From Bacillota bacterium (GTDB lineage Bacteria > Bacillota > Clostridia > Lachnospirales > CAG-274): a stretch of 13,337 nt of DNA. How positions within the stretch are numbered: the first letter of the stretch is position 1; each line of letters opens with the position of its first letter. The position numbers were made by a program, and so were the translations under genes. This document shows positions 1 to 7,421 of the stretch, in pieces. The DNA lies in assembly GCA_017444985.1 (NCBI GenBank), contig JAFSVK010000072.1, positions 1-13,337 on the forward strand, given 5' to 3'. The notes beneath the pieces are model-generated. The model worked only from the letters and a program-made list of their open reading frames with translations, did not search any database and was not told where the DNA came from.

Positions 1-216
1 ATAAAGAAGAAAAAGAAAATAAAGAAAACATTGAGAGTTGCCCTTCGGGTGATTGAAGTTGTTGATTTTTAAAAATAATTTTATTCTCGATCCTTTTGAT
101 GAAGATATCATACTTTTACTTGATTCAAAGCTATAAGTATCTTCAAAAATATCCGATATTTGATCATCTGTCAAACCTTTGTCGGATATTGCTGTTATTT
201 ATTCTTCGAAAAACCT

Positions 217-780
217 TTACTGTAATTTTTTTATGATACGTGCAGGGCTTCCCGCGATCAAAACATGGTCGGGAAAGGACTTTGTCACTACCGAGGAGGC
301 GGCTATCACGGTGTTATTTCCTATGGAGACCCCGGGAAGTATGGTAACACCGCCACCTATCCACACATCATCACCTATGGTAACGGGTTTGGGGATGCCG
401 ACTTTCTTTCTCCTTGCCTCCGCCTCCAAGGGGTGACCTATAGCATAAATACAGGTTTTTGGACCTATCATACAGTGTTTACCTATACGAATGGGGGCGG
501 CATCTAAAAAAACGCAGTCGAAATTCATAAAAAAATCATCACCCACAAAGATATTATAGCCGTAATCACAGTGGAAGGGTGGTTTGACGGCTATTTTCTC
601 ACCGCATTGCCCCAACAGCTCCTTTAACAGTTTGTGCCTTAATACTTCGTCTTCGGGGGAGTTGTTGAAACGGGAACAGAGTATGCGGGCATTTTTCTTA
701 TCATCCATAAGCTGTGGATCGTTTGTAAAAAAGGGTTCACCCATGGTCATTTTTTCACGTTCGGATCTTCTGTTCTCCAT
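217..780 (-). CDS. maa: Maltose/galactoside O-acetyltransferase (hexapeptide-repeat, left-handed beta-helix family)
   Basis: The 187-aa ORF aligns by eye along its whole length with E. coli Maa (EKEKM..GE, CDYGYNIF, FxNFDCVxLD, PIRIG, KPVTIG, NVWIGG, PARIIKKL). GGAGG lies 6 nt upstream of the ATG at 780. Confidence 0.85.
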   Translation of the reverse strand: MENRRSEREKMTMGEPFFTNDPQLMDDKKNARILCSRFNNSPEDEVLRHKLLKELLGQCGEKIAVKPPFHCDYGYNIFVGDDFFMNFDCVFLDAAPIRIGKHCMIGPKTCIYAIGHPLEAEARRKKVGIPKPVTIGDDVWIGGGVTILPGVSIGNNTVIAASSVVTKSFPDHVLIAGSPARIIKKLQ

Positions 781-865
781 AACTGCCTCCGTAAATTTTT
801 TGTATTTTCCAAGACTAACAGCGGAAGTTTCTGCAAAAGGATAAATAACTGTATTTGAAAATCGG

Positions 866-1271
866 TTATTTGACCTTGCCCTTTGCCTGTGCTCTTTCGG
901 TAAAATCCTCTACCGCTTCCAATATGTCCGGATCTGCAGAAGTTTCACCCAATGTTATCGCCCACTTCAAAAGCTCGGGGGATAATATTTCACACACCTC
1001 CAACAATCGCCTATAGTCCCAATCATCGAAAATTAAAAACGGTTTGTTTTATCTTGGGAGCTACCCATTCTGTGGGAAATTGTTTCAAACTATCTCTTGC
1101 AATAGTAATGGGCAGGATATTTGTGGGTCGACAAGCCCAAGAAAGCAGCTCTCCCACCACCTCGGAGGAGGTTTTTTCGGGGAGAGCCATAATTTCATTG
1201 GGCTTAGAGTATATGTCTTTATTTGCAATATTATTCAGTGAATCCGCTATAGCTTTTTCGTATACGTGCAT
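866..1271 (-). pseudogene. Hypothetical protein (~135 aa) interrupted by a 1-nt frameshift in an A5/T5 homopolymer (plus-strand 1035-1039)
   Basis: A minus-strand ORF (MHVYEKAIADS...KQTVFNFR*) stops at 1023-1025, but a second open frame (..FLIFDDWDYRRLLEVCEILSPELLKWAITLGETSADPDILEAVEDFTERAQAKGKVK*) continues to 866. Removing one T from the T5 run joins the two frames. AGGTG RBS precedes the ATG at 1271. Confidence 0.4.
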
Positions 1272-1339
1272 ACTACACCTGAATTTGTCGATTTAACAAT
1301 AAAACCTTTTGTCGGTTGTAATAGATCTTAACTTAGGGG

Positions 1340-1681
1340 TTAAAAATTACTTCCGTTATATCCCCAATGTTCCGTTTCAGCGTATCTTACATATATTCTG
1401 TTTTTCTCTATACCCAGAACGGACTTATAAGTATCGCATATCATTTCGGTCACTTTTGTAAATTTTTCTCTTGAGCCTTGTCCTAATATGGTCACTTCAA
1501 GCATAGCACAGGGAGTTTTACCGTCTCCGCCAAAATAAAGACTGCATTCATCCTTGATATTTACCATAAGATAGCTTTCGGGCTTTCCTATAGAAGCCAT
1601 GGCTTTTCCAAGCTCGGATTTTACCTTTTCCTTTTGTTCCTCATTCATTTTGATGTTTGTCATACTGTTTATAAAGGGCAT
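1340..1681 (-). CDS. MIF (macrophage migration inhibitory factor)/tautomerase-family protein
   Basis: 113 aa with N-terminal Met-Pro (catalytic Pro1). Conserved MIF pattern SY..V...L.FGG...PCA, RIYV.Y, GWNGS.F relative to human MIF. GGAGG RBS upstream. Confidence 0.75.
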   Translation of the reverse strand: MPFINSMTNIKMNEEQKEKVKSELGKAMASIGKPESYLMVNIKDECSLYFGGDGKTPCAMLEVTILGQGSREKFTKVTEMICDTYKSVLGIEKNRIYVRYAETEHWGYNGSNF

Positions 1682-1704
1682 GATACTTACCTCCGTTTAA
1701 AATT

Positions 1705-2403
1705 TTATTTTTCGGCTTTACACCGTCTGTTTCTCTCATCCACAAGTATGTCAAGGTTGGTTATTTTTGCGGATATACCTTCGTAGTTGTTGCTTGTTAT
1801 CATTTGCTTCAGCTCTTCCATACCCGTTGTTATACGCTGTTCAACATCCTCAAGGGCGGGAGATGAAACGGGATCGCTGTATTTTATTTTTTCCGAAAGT
1901 TTTTCAAGCTGTTTTTTTGCTTCCTTGTCTGTGCAGGAGGCAACGAGGCTGTCGGCATTAAGTCTGAATACTTTATTCTGCTGTATCTTCTGTTTGTTTT
2001 TAATATCTACACTCTCTACCATGTCTCTTGCATTATCCGTTGCAACAGTACCTATCAATACAGCCGCAAGCAGGAGAACACCCACCGTAACGGATATCCA
2101 AAGGGGAGTGATAACAGCTTTGTTCAATATAAATATAAAAAGTGAAAATACAAGCTGTGTTACGGTATAAATACAGCTTATCCTCAATATGGGAAAGCCA
2201 TATATTTTTGAGATCAAGCCACCTCTTTTGTTAAAGGCATAGTTTGTTATAAAACACCCTAATACTATGGAAACTTCGGCAAATGCAAAGGCTACCCATA
2301 CAGCGGGGGTTCTTGTGAAAGGTATTACGAAAAATAACACTGTAAATACCGCAAGTACGATACCGTAAACCGAAAATATGGAGTTTTTCTGCTTGGCTGA
2401 CAT
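1705..2403 (-). CDS. Membrane protein (4 predicted TM helices plus C-terminal coiled-coil/charged region), translationally coupled to the upstream SPFH gene
   Basis: Its ATG overlaps the stop of the upstream gene (ATGA at 2400-2405). Hydrophobic stretches in the first ~125 aa. No recognisable catalytic motif. Confidence 0.65.
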   Translation of the reverse strand: MSAKQKNSIFSVYGIVLAVFTVLFFVIPFTRTPAVWVAFAFAEVSIVLGCFITNYAFNKRGGLISKIYGFPILRISCIYTVTQLVFSLFIFILNKAVITPLWISVTVGVLLLAAVLIGTVATDNARDMVESVDIKNKQKIQQNKVFRLNADSLVASCTDKEAKKQLEKLSEKIKYSDPVSSPALEDVEQRITTGMEELKQMITSNNYEGISAKITNLDILVDERNRRCKAEK

Positions 2404-3941
2404 TATTCATCACCTCGTTTTTCTCCGCAATCGGGGCAGAAATTACTTGTTATGTCTTTTGCACCGCAGGGACAGTTCCAAGTACTTGGCTTTTCGGGTT
2501 TTTTAGCACCGCATTCGGGACAAAACTTGCTTGTGATATTTTTTTTGCCACACACCGAACAATCCCAAGAGTCTTCTTTTTCGGGCTTTTTAGCTCCGCA
2601 ATCGGGACAGAAATTACTTGTGATATTTTTTGTGCCGCACCGGTTACAATCCCAAGAGCCTTCTTTTTTAGGCTCCGTTTTTTTAGCACCGCAGTTGGGG
2701 CAGAAATTGGTGGTTATACCGTTTGTGCCACATTCGGGACATATCCAACCTTCGGGGATGTTACCCGCAACGATACTTCCAAACCCCGTACCTACCTGCG
2801 AAGTGTTCTCCATAATAGGATTGAGGGCTTCCCGTGTCATACCTATAACACCGCCCATTGCACCCAAAGTTACTCCGAGGCCTGCAATATCTCCGAGACC
2901 TCCGCCGCTGCCGCCTCCCGTTATGCCGTTTTGCATAGCTTCAAGCCCAACTTGTCTGGCGGTCTCCTGTTGATATGTATAGCCTTTCATTTTCATTTCT
3001 TCGGCTTCCGCTTGTGCTTGCATTTTGTAAGCTTCCGCCTCTGCCTGTGCCTTTATTTTAGTTGCCTCCGCTTCACCCTGTGCACCTACCATTTTCAGCT
3101 GTGCGGCGGTTTGCGCTTCAAGTATCTTTCTTCCCTGTGCCGCTTCCGCTTCGGCACGTCTTACCTCTTCTTCACGAACCTTTAAGGTCTTATCGGCAAA
3201 CTGTTGTTTAAGCCTCTTAAAATTAGGGTCATCGTCGGGGGTCATAACACTTGTAATGTAAAACTCGGGCATTACAAGACCGTAATCATCAAGGGTCTCG
3301 TTTATGACTTCCCGCATATTTTCCGAAAGTACGTCAAGATATGAGTCTATTTCAAGTATATTTATATTTTGCTCTTTTATAACTCTTGCAAGGTTTGACT
3401 TCACTCTGTTCATAACAAGAGCCTTGAATTTGCCTACCTTGTAGGAAACACCCTCACCAAGCAACTCTCCCTGTGTAAAGGAATCGGTAGTACCTACAAG
3501 TTTAAGTACCAACTTGCGAGAATCATTCACCCGCATATTAAAATTGCCGCAGGCACCTATTTCTATATGCAACCCCGAGGCGGGATCAAACAGGCGTACC
3601 TTGCTGTCGGTACCCCATTTTATACCCATTTGAGTGGTAAGGTTTATAAAATATACCTCGGAATGGAAAACACTTTCACCCCCCGTAGGTATTTTATATA
3701 GCTCACTTAAAATGGGGATATTTTGGGTCTCAAGGCTGTATCTGCCCGAGCCGAACAAGTCAAGGGCACGACCGTCATTGAAAAACAGTGCTTCTTGTGA
3801 TTCGTGTACAATAAGCTGAGAGCCCATATTGAAATCTTCAACGGGGTGCTTCCACACAAATACATCATTGCCGCCTTCATATTTTATAACGTTTATAATT
3901 TCTTTGCCGTTTTGTTTATCCTTTTTATCAAAAAATGCCAT
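2403..3941 (-). CDS. SPFH/band-7 domain protein of the YdjI type (COG4260) fused to four C-terminal tandem zinc-ribbon repeats
   Basis: The N-terminal 330 aa resemble B. subtilis YdjI (MxFF..., FxNxGR, VxFxN, WGT). An Ala/Glu/Gln-rich coiled coil and a Gly-rich linker follow. Then come four repeats of W-x-C-x2-C-G-x-x-x-I-T-[ST]-x-F-C-P-x-C-G-[AE]-K-[KR]. GAGGTGA RBS 5 nt upstream of the ATG. Confidence 0.85.
   Translation of the reverse strand: MAFFDKKDKQNGKEIINVIKYEGGNDVFVWKHPVEDFNMGSQLIVHESQEALFFNDGRALDLFGSGRYSLETQNIPILSELYKIPTGGESVFHSEVYFINLTTQMGIKWGTDSKVRLFDPASGLHIEIGACGNFNMRVNDSRKLVLKLVGTTDSFTQGELLGEGVSYKVGKFKALVMNRVKSNLARVIKEQNINILEIDSYLDVLSENMREVINETLDDYGLVMPEFYITSVMTPDDDPNFKRLKQQFADKTLKVREEEVRRAEAEAAQGRKILEAQTAAQLKMVGAQGEAEATKIKAQAEAEAYKMQAQAEAEEMKMKGYTYQQETARQVGLEAMQNGITGGGSGGGLGDIAGLGVTLGAMGGVIGMTREALNPIMENTSQVGTGFGSIVAGNIPEGWICPECGTNGITTNFCPNCGAKKTEPKKEGSWDCNRCGTKNITSNFCPDCGAKKPEKEDSWDCSVCGKKNITSKFCPECGAKKPEKPSTWNCPCGAKDITSNFCPDCGEKRGDE
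2406..2756. repeat. Four tandem ~78-87 bp coding repeats (zinc-ribbon modules) at the 3' end of the SPFH gene
   Basis: The units recur in the DNA (tttgtcccgaatgcggtgctaaaaaacc...). The protein shows four C-x2-C...F-C-P-x-C-G units. Confidence 0.7.
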
Positions 3942-3992
3942 TTTATCACCTCGATTTCTGGAAAGAACGCCCCCCCATATATTTGTGATACT

Positions 3993-4021
3993 ATTATATA
4001 TTAAACTATTGTATTTTGCAA
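3993..4021 (-). promoter_or_regulatory. Candidate sigma-A promoter for the SPFH operon (TTGCAA -17- TATAAT on the minus strand)
   Basis: On the reverse complement, ttgcaa(4021-4016)-17nt-tataat(3998-3993) lies ~50 nt upstream of the start codon at 3941. Confidence 0.35.
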
Positions 4022-4061
4022 TATAATTTATATCCGTAATATTGCAAAATAATATATTATA

Positions 4062-4218
4062 GGGTACCTCTAAAAAGTGCTATTGAAGTAAAATTGAGAT
4101 AGCTTGTTCGAGGACCGGGAAGTGGCTCGAAGCCAATGTAGAGCATTGGTGAGAGACATTGACGACTAACATGTGCAAGATAGTCAATTTTACGATTTAT
4201 GACTTTTTAGAGGTGCCC
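4062..4218 (+). repeat. Family-A structured repeat, copy 1 (157 bp, 17-bp terminal inverted repeats, MITE-like)
   Basis: GGGTACCTCTAAAAAGT...ACTTTTTAGAGGTGCCC. Near-identical to the copies at 7422, 11288 and 13206. Confidence 0.85.
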
Positions 4219-4267
4219 ATTATTTTATAATAAAAAATATAAAGATCACAATGGGAATTTAGTATAC

Positions 4268-4298
4268 AAAAAAACGCCGAGACTCTCGGCGTTTTTTT
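4268..4298. terminator. Bidirectional rho-independent terminator
   Basis: aaaaaaa-cgccgag-act-ctcggcg-ttttttt is a 7-bp GC-rich stem with a 3-nt loop, flanked by an A7 run and a T7 run. It lies immediately downstream of the stop at 4302 of the minus-strand gene. Confidence 0.7.
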
Positions 4299-4301
4299 CT
4301 G

Positions 4302-4934
4302 TCACTTTATTTTTGCACTACTTGGAATGCGGCTTAGTATATACTCTTTTACATAGTCAAAGTACTCTGTAGCTACATATACTTGATTGTGGCTTAGGGG
4401 TGCATTAAGGTAAATGGTATTTCTTGTACTTGATATTTTAACGCTTTTGACTTTTGAAAATTCTGTACTTATACTGTTTCTGACAGCATTTGAAATACCC
4501 GGCCCCGTCATAGATAAATTTCCTGAAACGGCACCTACAACGGCAGTAAACCAACCCATAGTCTTTGCTTTGTCAAATTGTTGACTCATTTGTCGGTGAA
4601 CTATGCCTTCTTCATCCATCTCAAATATTACCATATACTTCCACCCGTACTGTTTTGCAACCATAAAATAGGCTACTACACCAAGCACACAGAAAAACAT
4701 GGTAAGCATAACAAAAAGCTCTGTAAGAGAAATATAAGGTTTAAGTTCCTTGTTGTTTTCGACTACAAGAAGAAAAATTACAAAAAGCCAAACTATAAAG
4801 GCAGATATACATATTACCTTCCAGATAGTAAAAAGTATGGTGGAATTTTTCAGCATATCAAAATGATACGCCCAGCGATATTTTCCGTCACTGCAAAGGG
4901 TGGGGCTTTGGGCTGTAAACTCTTCTTTATTCAT
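4302..4934 (-). CDS. Hypothetical membrane protein (two TM helices, C-terminal soluble domain)
   Basis: The ORF track gives 230 aa. The likely true start is MNKEEF at 4934, 9 nt after a GGAAAGGAG RBS. Hydrophobic segments at FIVWLFVIFLLVV and VMLTMFFCVLGVVAYFMV. No recognisable family. Confidence 0.6.
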   Translation of the reverse strand: MNKEEFTAQSPTLCSDGKYRWAYHFDMLKNSTILFTIWKVICISAFIVWLFVIFLLVVENNKELKPYISLTELFVMLTMFFCVLGVVAYFMVAKQYGWKYMVIFEMDEEGIVHRQMSQQFDKAKTMGWFTAVVGAVSGNLSMTGPGISNAVRNSISTEFSKVKSVKISSTRNTIYLNAPLSHNQVYVATEYFDYVKEYILSRIPSSAKIK

Positions 4935-5067
4935 AATACACACTCCTTTCCTATTTTTTCCATACATTATACTAAAAAAATCATACATTATCAATGTATA
5001 TAAATTTTTTATTGTGATATGTTGGTAAATATTTTAAATAGAACTTTAAATTTTGATATAAATTATG

Positions 5068-5096
5068 TTGAAATATATTTATAAGTGTAGTATAAT
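5068..5096 (+). promoter_or_regulatory. Near-consensus sigma-A promoter (TTGAAA -17- TATAAT) for the GGDEF gene
   Basis: ttgaaa at 5068-5073, a 17-nt spacer, and tataat at 5091-5096. This leaves a ~95-nt 5' UTR before the ATG at 5195. Confidence 0.5.
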
Positions 5097-5194
5097 AAAA
5101 CGGATAGCTGATACCACTTTTGTGATACGGGACTTGTAGTCGCATTTTAAATAAAATCTGCACCGTAATATAACATAACTCGGGAGGAAAATAT

Positions 5195-6595
5195 ATGGAT
5201 CTTCAAAGTATAGTCGACCAATTTAATATAATATCTGCCGTATATTCCTTTGATATTCTGCCTGACGGAAGTCGCGGAGAAATAAGGCTTGAAGCTGCCA
5301 ATGCCGCAGACAGAGCTTATTTTGCCACATTTTATCCTTCGGTAAAATATTATCCCGGGATACCTATTCGCAAGTTTTTTACGGAATATAACTTGGAGGA
5401 TTTTATATACAGAGCAGCTACATCGGGAGATCCCCTTTACAGCTATGTAAATGCACAAAACAGTTGGATGAAAAGCTTCTTTCTGCCCTTTAAAACAGAT
5501 GAAGACAGGCCCTCATCCGAAGTGAAAACATATTACTGTCTGTATTTTTTGACAATAGACTCAAACTTAAATGCGGGAGATATGTCACAGCGATCTTTTG
5601 AGGTTTCATCGTCGGTATTGCAACTTAGTGTAAAGCTTCACCGCACAGAGGATTTTCGGGAAGCTATGGTTTCTTCCGTAGCGGAGATCAAGAATATTTG
5701 CAGATCGGAAGATTGTGCCATATATACCGTAGATCAACATAAAAGGGAATGTCGCTTGTTTAGTTTTGACGGTGAGCACGAAGAGTTTATAGAAAGCTTT
5801 GCTCAAGAAATGTCACGTACACCCTATGAGGTAGCTATGGCATGGGAAAAGGATCTTGACGGAAGCGATGGCTTGATACTTGATGATCTGAAGGTGGTTG
5901 AAGAAATAGATCCTGTATGGTACAGGTCTATGTGCAATTACGGTATTAAAAATATAATACTTTTTTCCATAAGATTTCATAATAATTTGGTGGGCTTTAT
6001 ATGGGCGGCAAATTATGACAACTCATATTCCTTGGAAATAAAGGAAACTCTTGAATTGGCATCCTTCCTTCTTGCGGCGGTAATAGCCAACCATCAGATA
6101 GTAAGTCATTTAAAAATAATGAGTACCATAGATGCACTTACTCAGGTACACAACAGAAATTCCATGAATGACAGAGTTGATAAGTTGGTATCGGGCAAGG
6201 AAAAGTTGCCCGAAAATATGGGTGTCGTATTTGCGGACATCAACGGCCTTAAGAGTGTTAACGATAATTTTGGCCATAGCGAAGGAGATAAGCTTATAAA
6301 AAAGGCAGCGGCACTTTTGAATATAGCCTTTTTAAGTTATGAAATATACAGAGCAGGCGGAGATGAGTTTGTGGTATTTTGTCCGAATGTCACAAAAGAG
6401 GAATTTGAAGGCTGTTTGGAACAACTTAAAAAACTTACCGATAACACCACGGATATAAGTATAGCTGTAGGTGCAAAGCATTTTTCGGGAAATTACGATG
6501 TGTTGCAAGCAATGCAGACGGTGGATAAGCTAATGTATATAAACAAAGAAGAGTACTATAAAAATCATCCTGAAATGGAGAGAAGAAGAACATGA
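5195..6595 (+). CDS. GGDEF-domain diguanylate cyclase with an uncharacterised ~300-aa N-terminal sensor region
   Basis: The C-terminal ~160 aa carry the GGDEF-domain signatures (..ADINGLKSVNDNFGHSEGDKLIK.., YRAGGDEFVVF). No RxxD I-site was seen immediately upstream of GGDEF. GGGAGG RBS upstream. Confidence 0.85.
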   Translation: MDLQSIVDQFNIISAVYSFDILPDGSRGEIRLEAANAADRAYFATFYPSVKYYPGIPIRKFFTEYNLEDFIYRAATSGDPLYSYVNAQNSWMKSFFLPFKTDEDRPSSEVKTYYCLYFLTIDSNLNAGDMSQRSFEVSSSVLQLSVKLHRTEDFREAMVSSVAEIKNICRSEDCAIYTVDQHKRECRLFSFDGEHEEFIESFAQEMSRTPYEVAMAWEKDLDGSDGLILDDLKVVEEIDPVWYRSMCNYGIKNIILFSIRFHNNLVGFIWAANYDNSYSLEIKETLELASFLLAAVIANHQIVSHLKIMSTIDALTQVHNRNSMNDRVDKLVSGKEKLPENMGVVFADINGLKSVNDNFGHSEGDKLIKKAAALLNIAFLSYEIYRAGGDEFVVFCPNVTKEEFEGCLEQLKKLTDNTTDISIAVGAKHFSGNYDVLQAMQTVDKLMYINKEEYYKNHPEMERRRT

Positions 6596-6670
6596 GATAA
6601 TAAGGGCAATGTCATCAACTTAAGGGTACTCTAAAACTAATATTAGGTTAGATTTTAACAAAAGGCATTA

Positions 6671-6775
6671 TACAACTTGTAGGGAACGACCAATGCACCG
6701 CAAAGATAGATGCGGGCAGGCGAAAGCCTGACTTTTGCGTAGCAAAAGTGCTGATGCGTGTAGTTCCGTCTGCAA
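6671..6775 (+). repeat. Family-B structured element, copy 1 (candidate small ncRNA or cis-RNA), in the 3' region of the GGDEF gene
   Basis: acaacttGTAGGGAACGACC...GTTCC core with internal GAAA-tetraloop hairpin. Near-identical to 13036-13135, and the 5' 20 nt are shared with 7660-7680. Confidence 0.6.
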
Positions 6776-6824
6776 ATTATGGAAAATTAGTAGTATTGAA
6801 ACAAATTGATAACATTGATGATAA

Positions 6825-6862
6825 TGGGGTGTGAAAATATGCATTCACACCCCATTTTGTTT
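6825..6862 (+). terminator. Rho-independent terminator (11-bp stem tggggtgtgaa/ttcacacccca, then TTTTGTTT)
   Basis: A perfect 11-bp inverted repeat with an 8-nt loop, followed by a T-rich tract. It lies downstream of the GGDEF gene and of B copy 1. Confidence 0.6.
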
Positions 6863-6871
6863 GGATCGTTT

Positions 6872-7363
6872 TTAAGCCCAAGGATCGTCTTTTTGCGGTA
6901 CACGTATGTCAGATAAATAGAATATCTCCCATACATACCATTTATCGCCTTTTCTTCGCAGGCTTAAGTATCTGTCGCTGTCGGCTCCCGAAGAGTGCAT
7001 ATATATTTTGGCATAGCCTTCGTTGTCGTATGAGTAGGGATTATCGAATACCGTTATGGTATAGGGCTGTGTGGGGGTATAGTTGTTTTCGGGGCTTGAA
7101 CCTTCAAAAAATGAAAATGTTTTATAGCCTTTTCCCGAAAGTCTGTCACGCAAAAATTGTGTTTCATACACAGACAGGGGTTGAGGACCTTTTAAAAAGT
7201 TCAACATTTCTATGGTTTTTTCTTTGTCTTTTTCATAGTTACAAAGCACAAGTACCGAAAGTGCCGCAGTAGCAAAAGGCGAGGTAAGTTCCGCCTCCTT
7301 AAGAGCTTGAAGTTGTTCTGTGTTTTCGGGTATAGCCGTGAATTTAAAAGTTTCGCTTTTCAT
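6872..7363 (-). CDS. Hypothetical protein (163 aa, no TM helices, no recognisable motif)
   Basis: Clean ORF with an AGGAGG RBS 7 nt upstream of the ATG at 7363. Confidence 0.65.
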   Translation of the reverse strand: MKSETFKFTAIPENTEQLQALKEAELTSPFATAALSVLVLCNYEKDKEKTIEMLNFLKGPQPLSVYETQFLRDRLSGKGYKTFSFFEGSSPENNYTPTQPYTITVFDNPYSYDNEGYAKIYMHSSGADSDRYLSLRRKGDKWYVWEIFYLSDIRVPQKDDPWA

Positions 7364-7421
7364 AAATACCTCCTCTTGATTTGTTTTCTTTTATTTTAAC
7401 ACCTTTAGAGTATTTAGTAAA

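Noticed and set aside
1-216. Possible 3' end of a plus-strand gene in the first 72 nt (..IKKKKKIKKTLRVALRVIEVVDF*) and a small cccttcggg hairpin
   Set aside because: Too little sequence lies inside the window. The translation is low-complexity Lys-rich, and the hairpin is only 3 bp with no T-tract.
179-507. Plus-strand ORFs 179..436 and 265..507 (85 and 80 aa)
   Set aside because: They are entirely antisense to the well-supported maa gene. They have Gly/Pro-rich, low-complexity translations and no RBS.
952-1296. Plus-strand ORF 952..1296 (114 aa)
   Set aside because: It is antisense to the better-supported minus-strand frameshifted gene, which has an RBS and matches the orientation of its neighbours. 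Its translation has no features.
2450-3185. ORFs 2450..2689(-), 2452..2973(+) and 2931..3185(+) inside the SPFH gene
   Set aside because: They are alternative frames or antisense reads of the zinc-ribbon tandem repeats and the Ala/Glu-rich coiled-coil region. Repetitive DNA generates long spurious ORFs.
4578-5458. ORFs 4578..5003(+), 4981..5163(-) and 5147..5458(-)
   Set aside because: They lie antisense to real genes or in the AT-rich divergent promoter region. They have Lys/Tyr/Ile-rich junk translations and no RBS.
6690-6730. A 12-codon mini-ORF (ATG CAC CGC AAA GAT AGA TGC GGG CAG GCG AAA GCC TGA) inside B copy 1
   Set aside because: The ATG is not conserved in B copy 2 (caATGc versus caTTGc). 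Conservation fits RNA structure rather than a peptide.
6740-6770. Hammerhead-like CUGAUG motif and GAAA tetraloop in family B, and resemblance of GCGAAAGCC to the c-di-GMP-I GCAAAGCC box
   Set aside because: The hammerhead core would need CUGAUGA, but position 9 is C, and the stem order does not fit. Spacing and flanking conserved nucleotides of GEMM-I are absent. These appear to be coincidental short matches.
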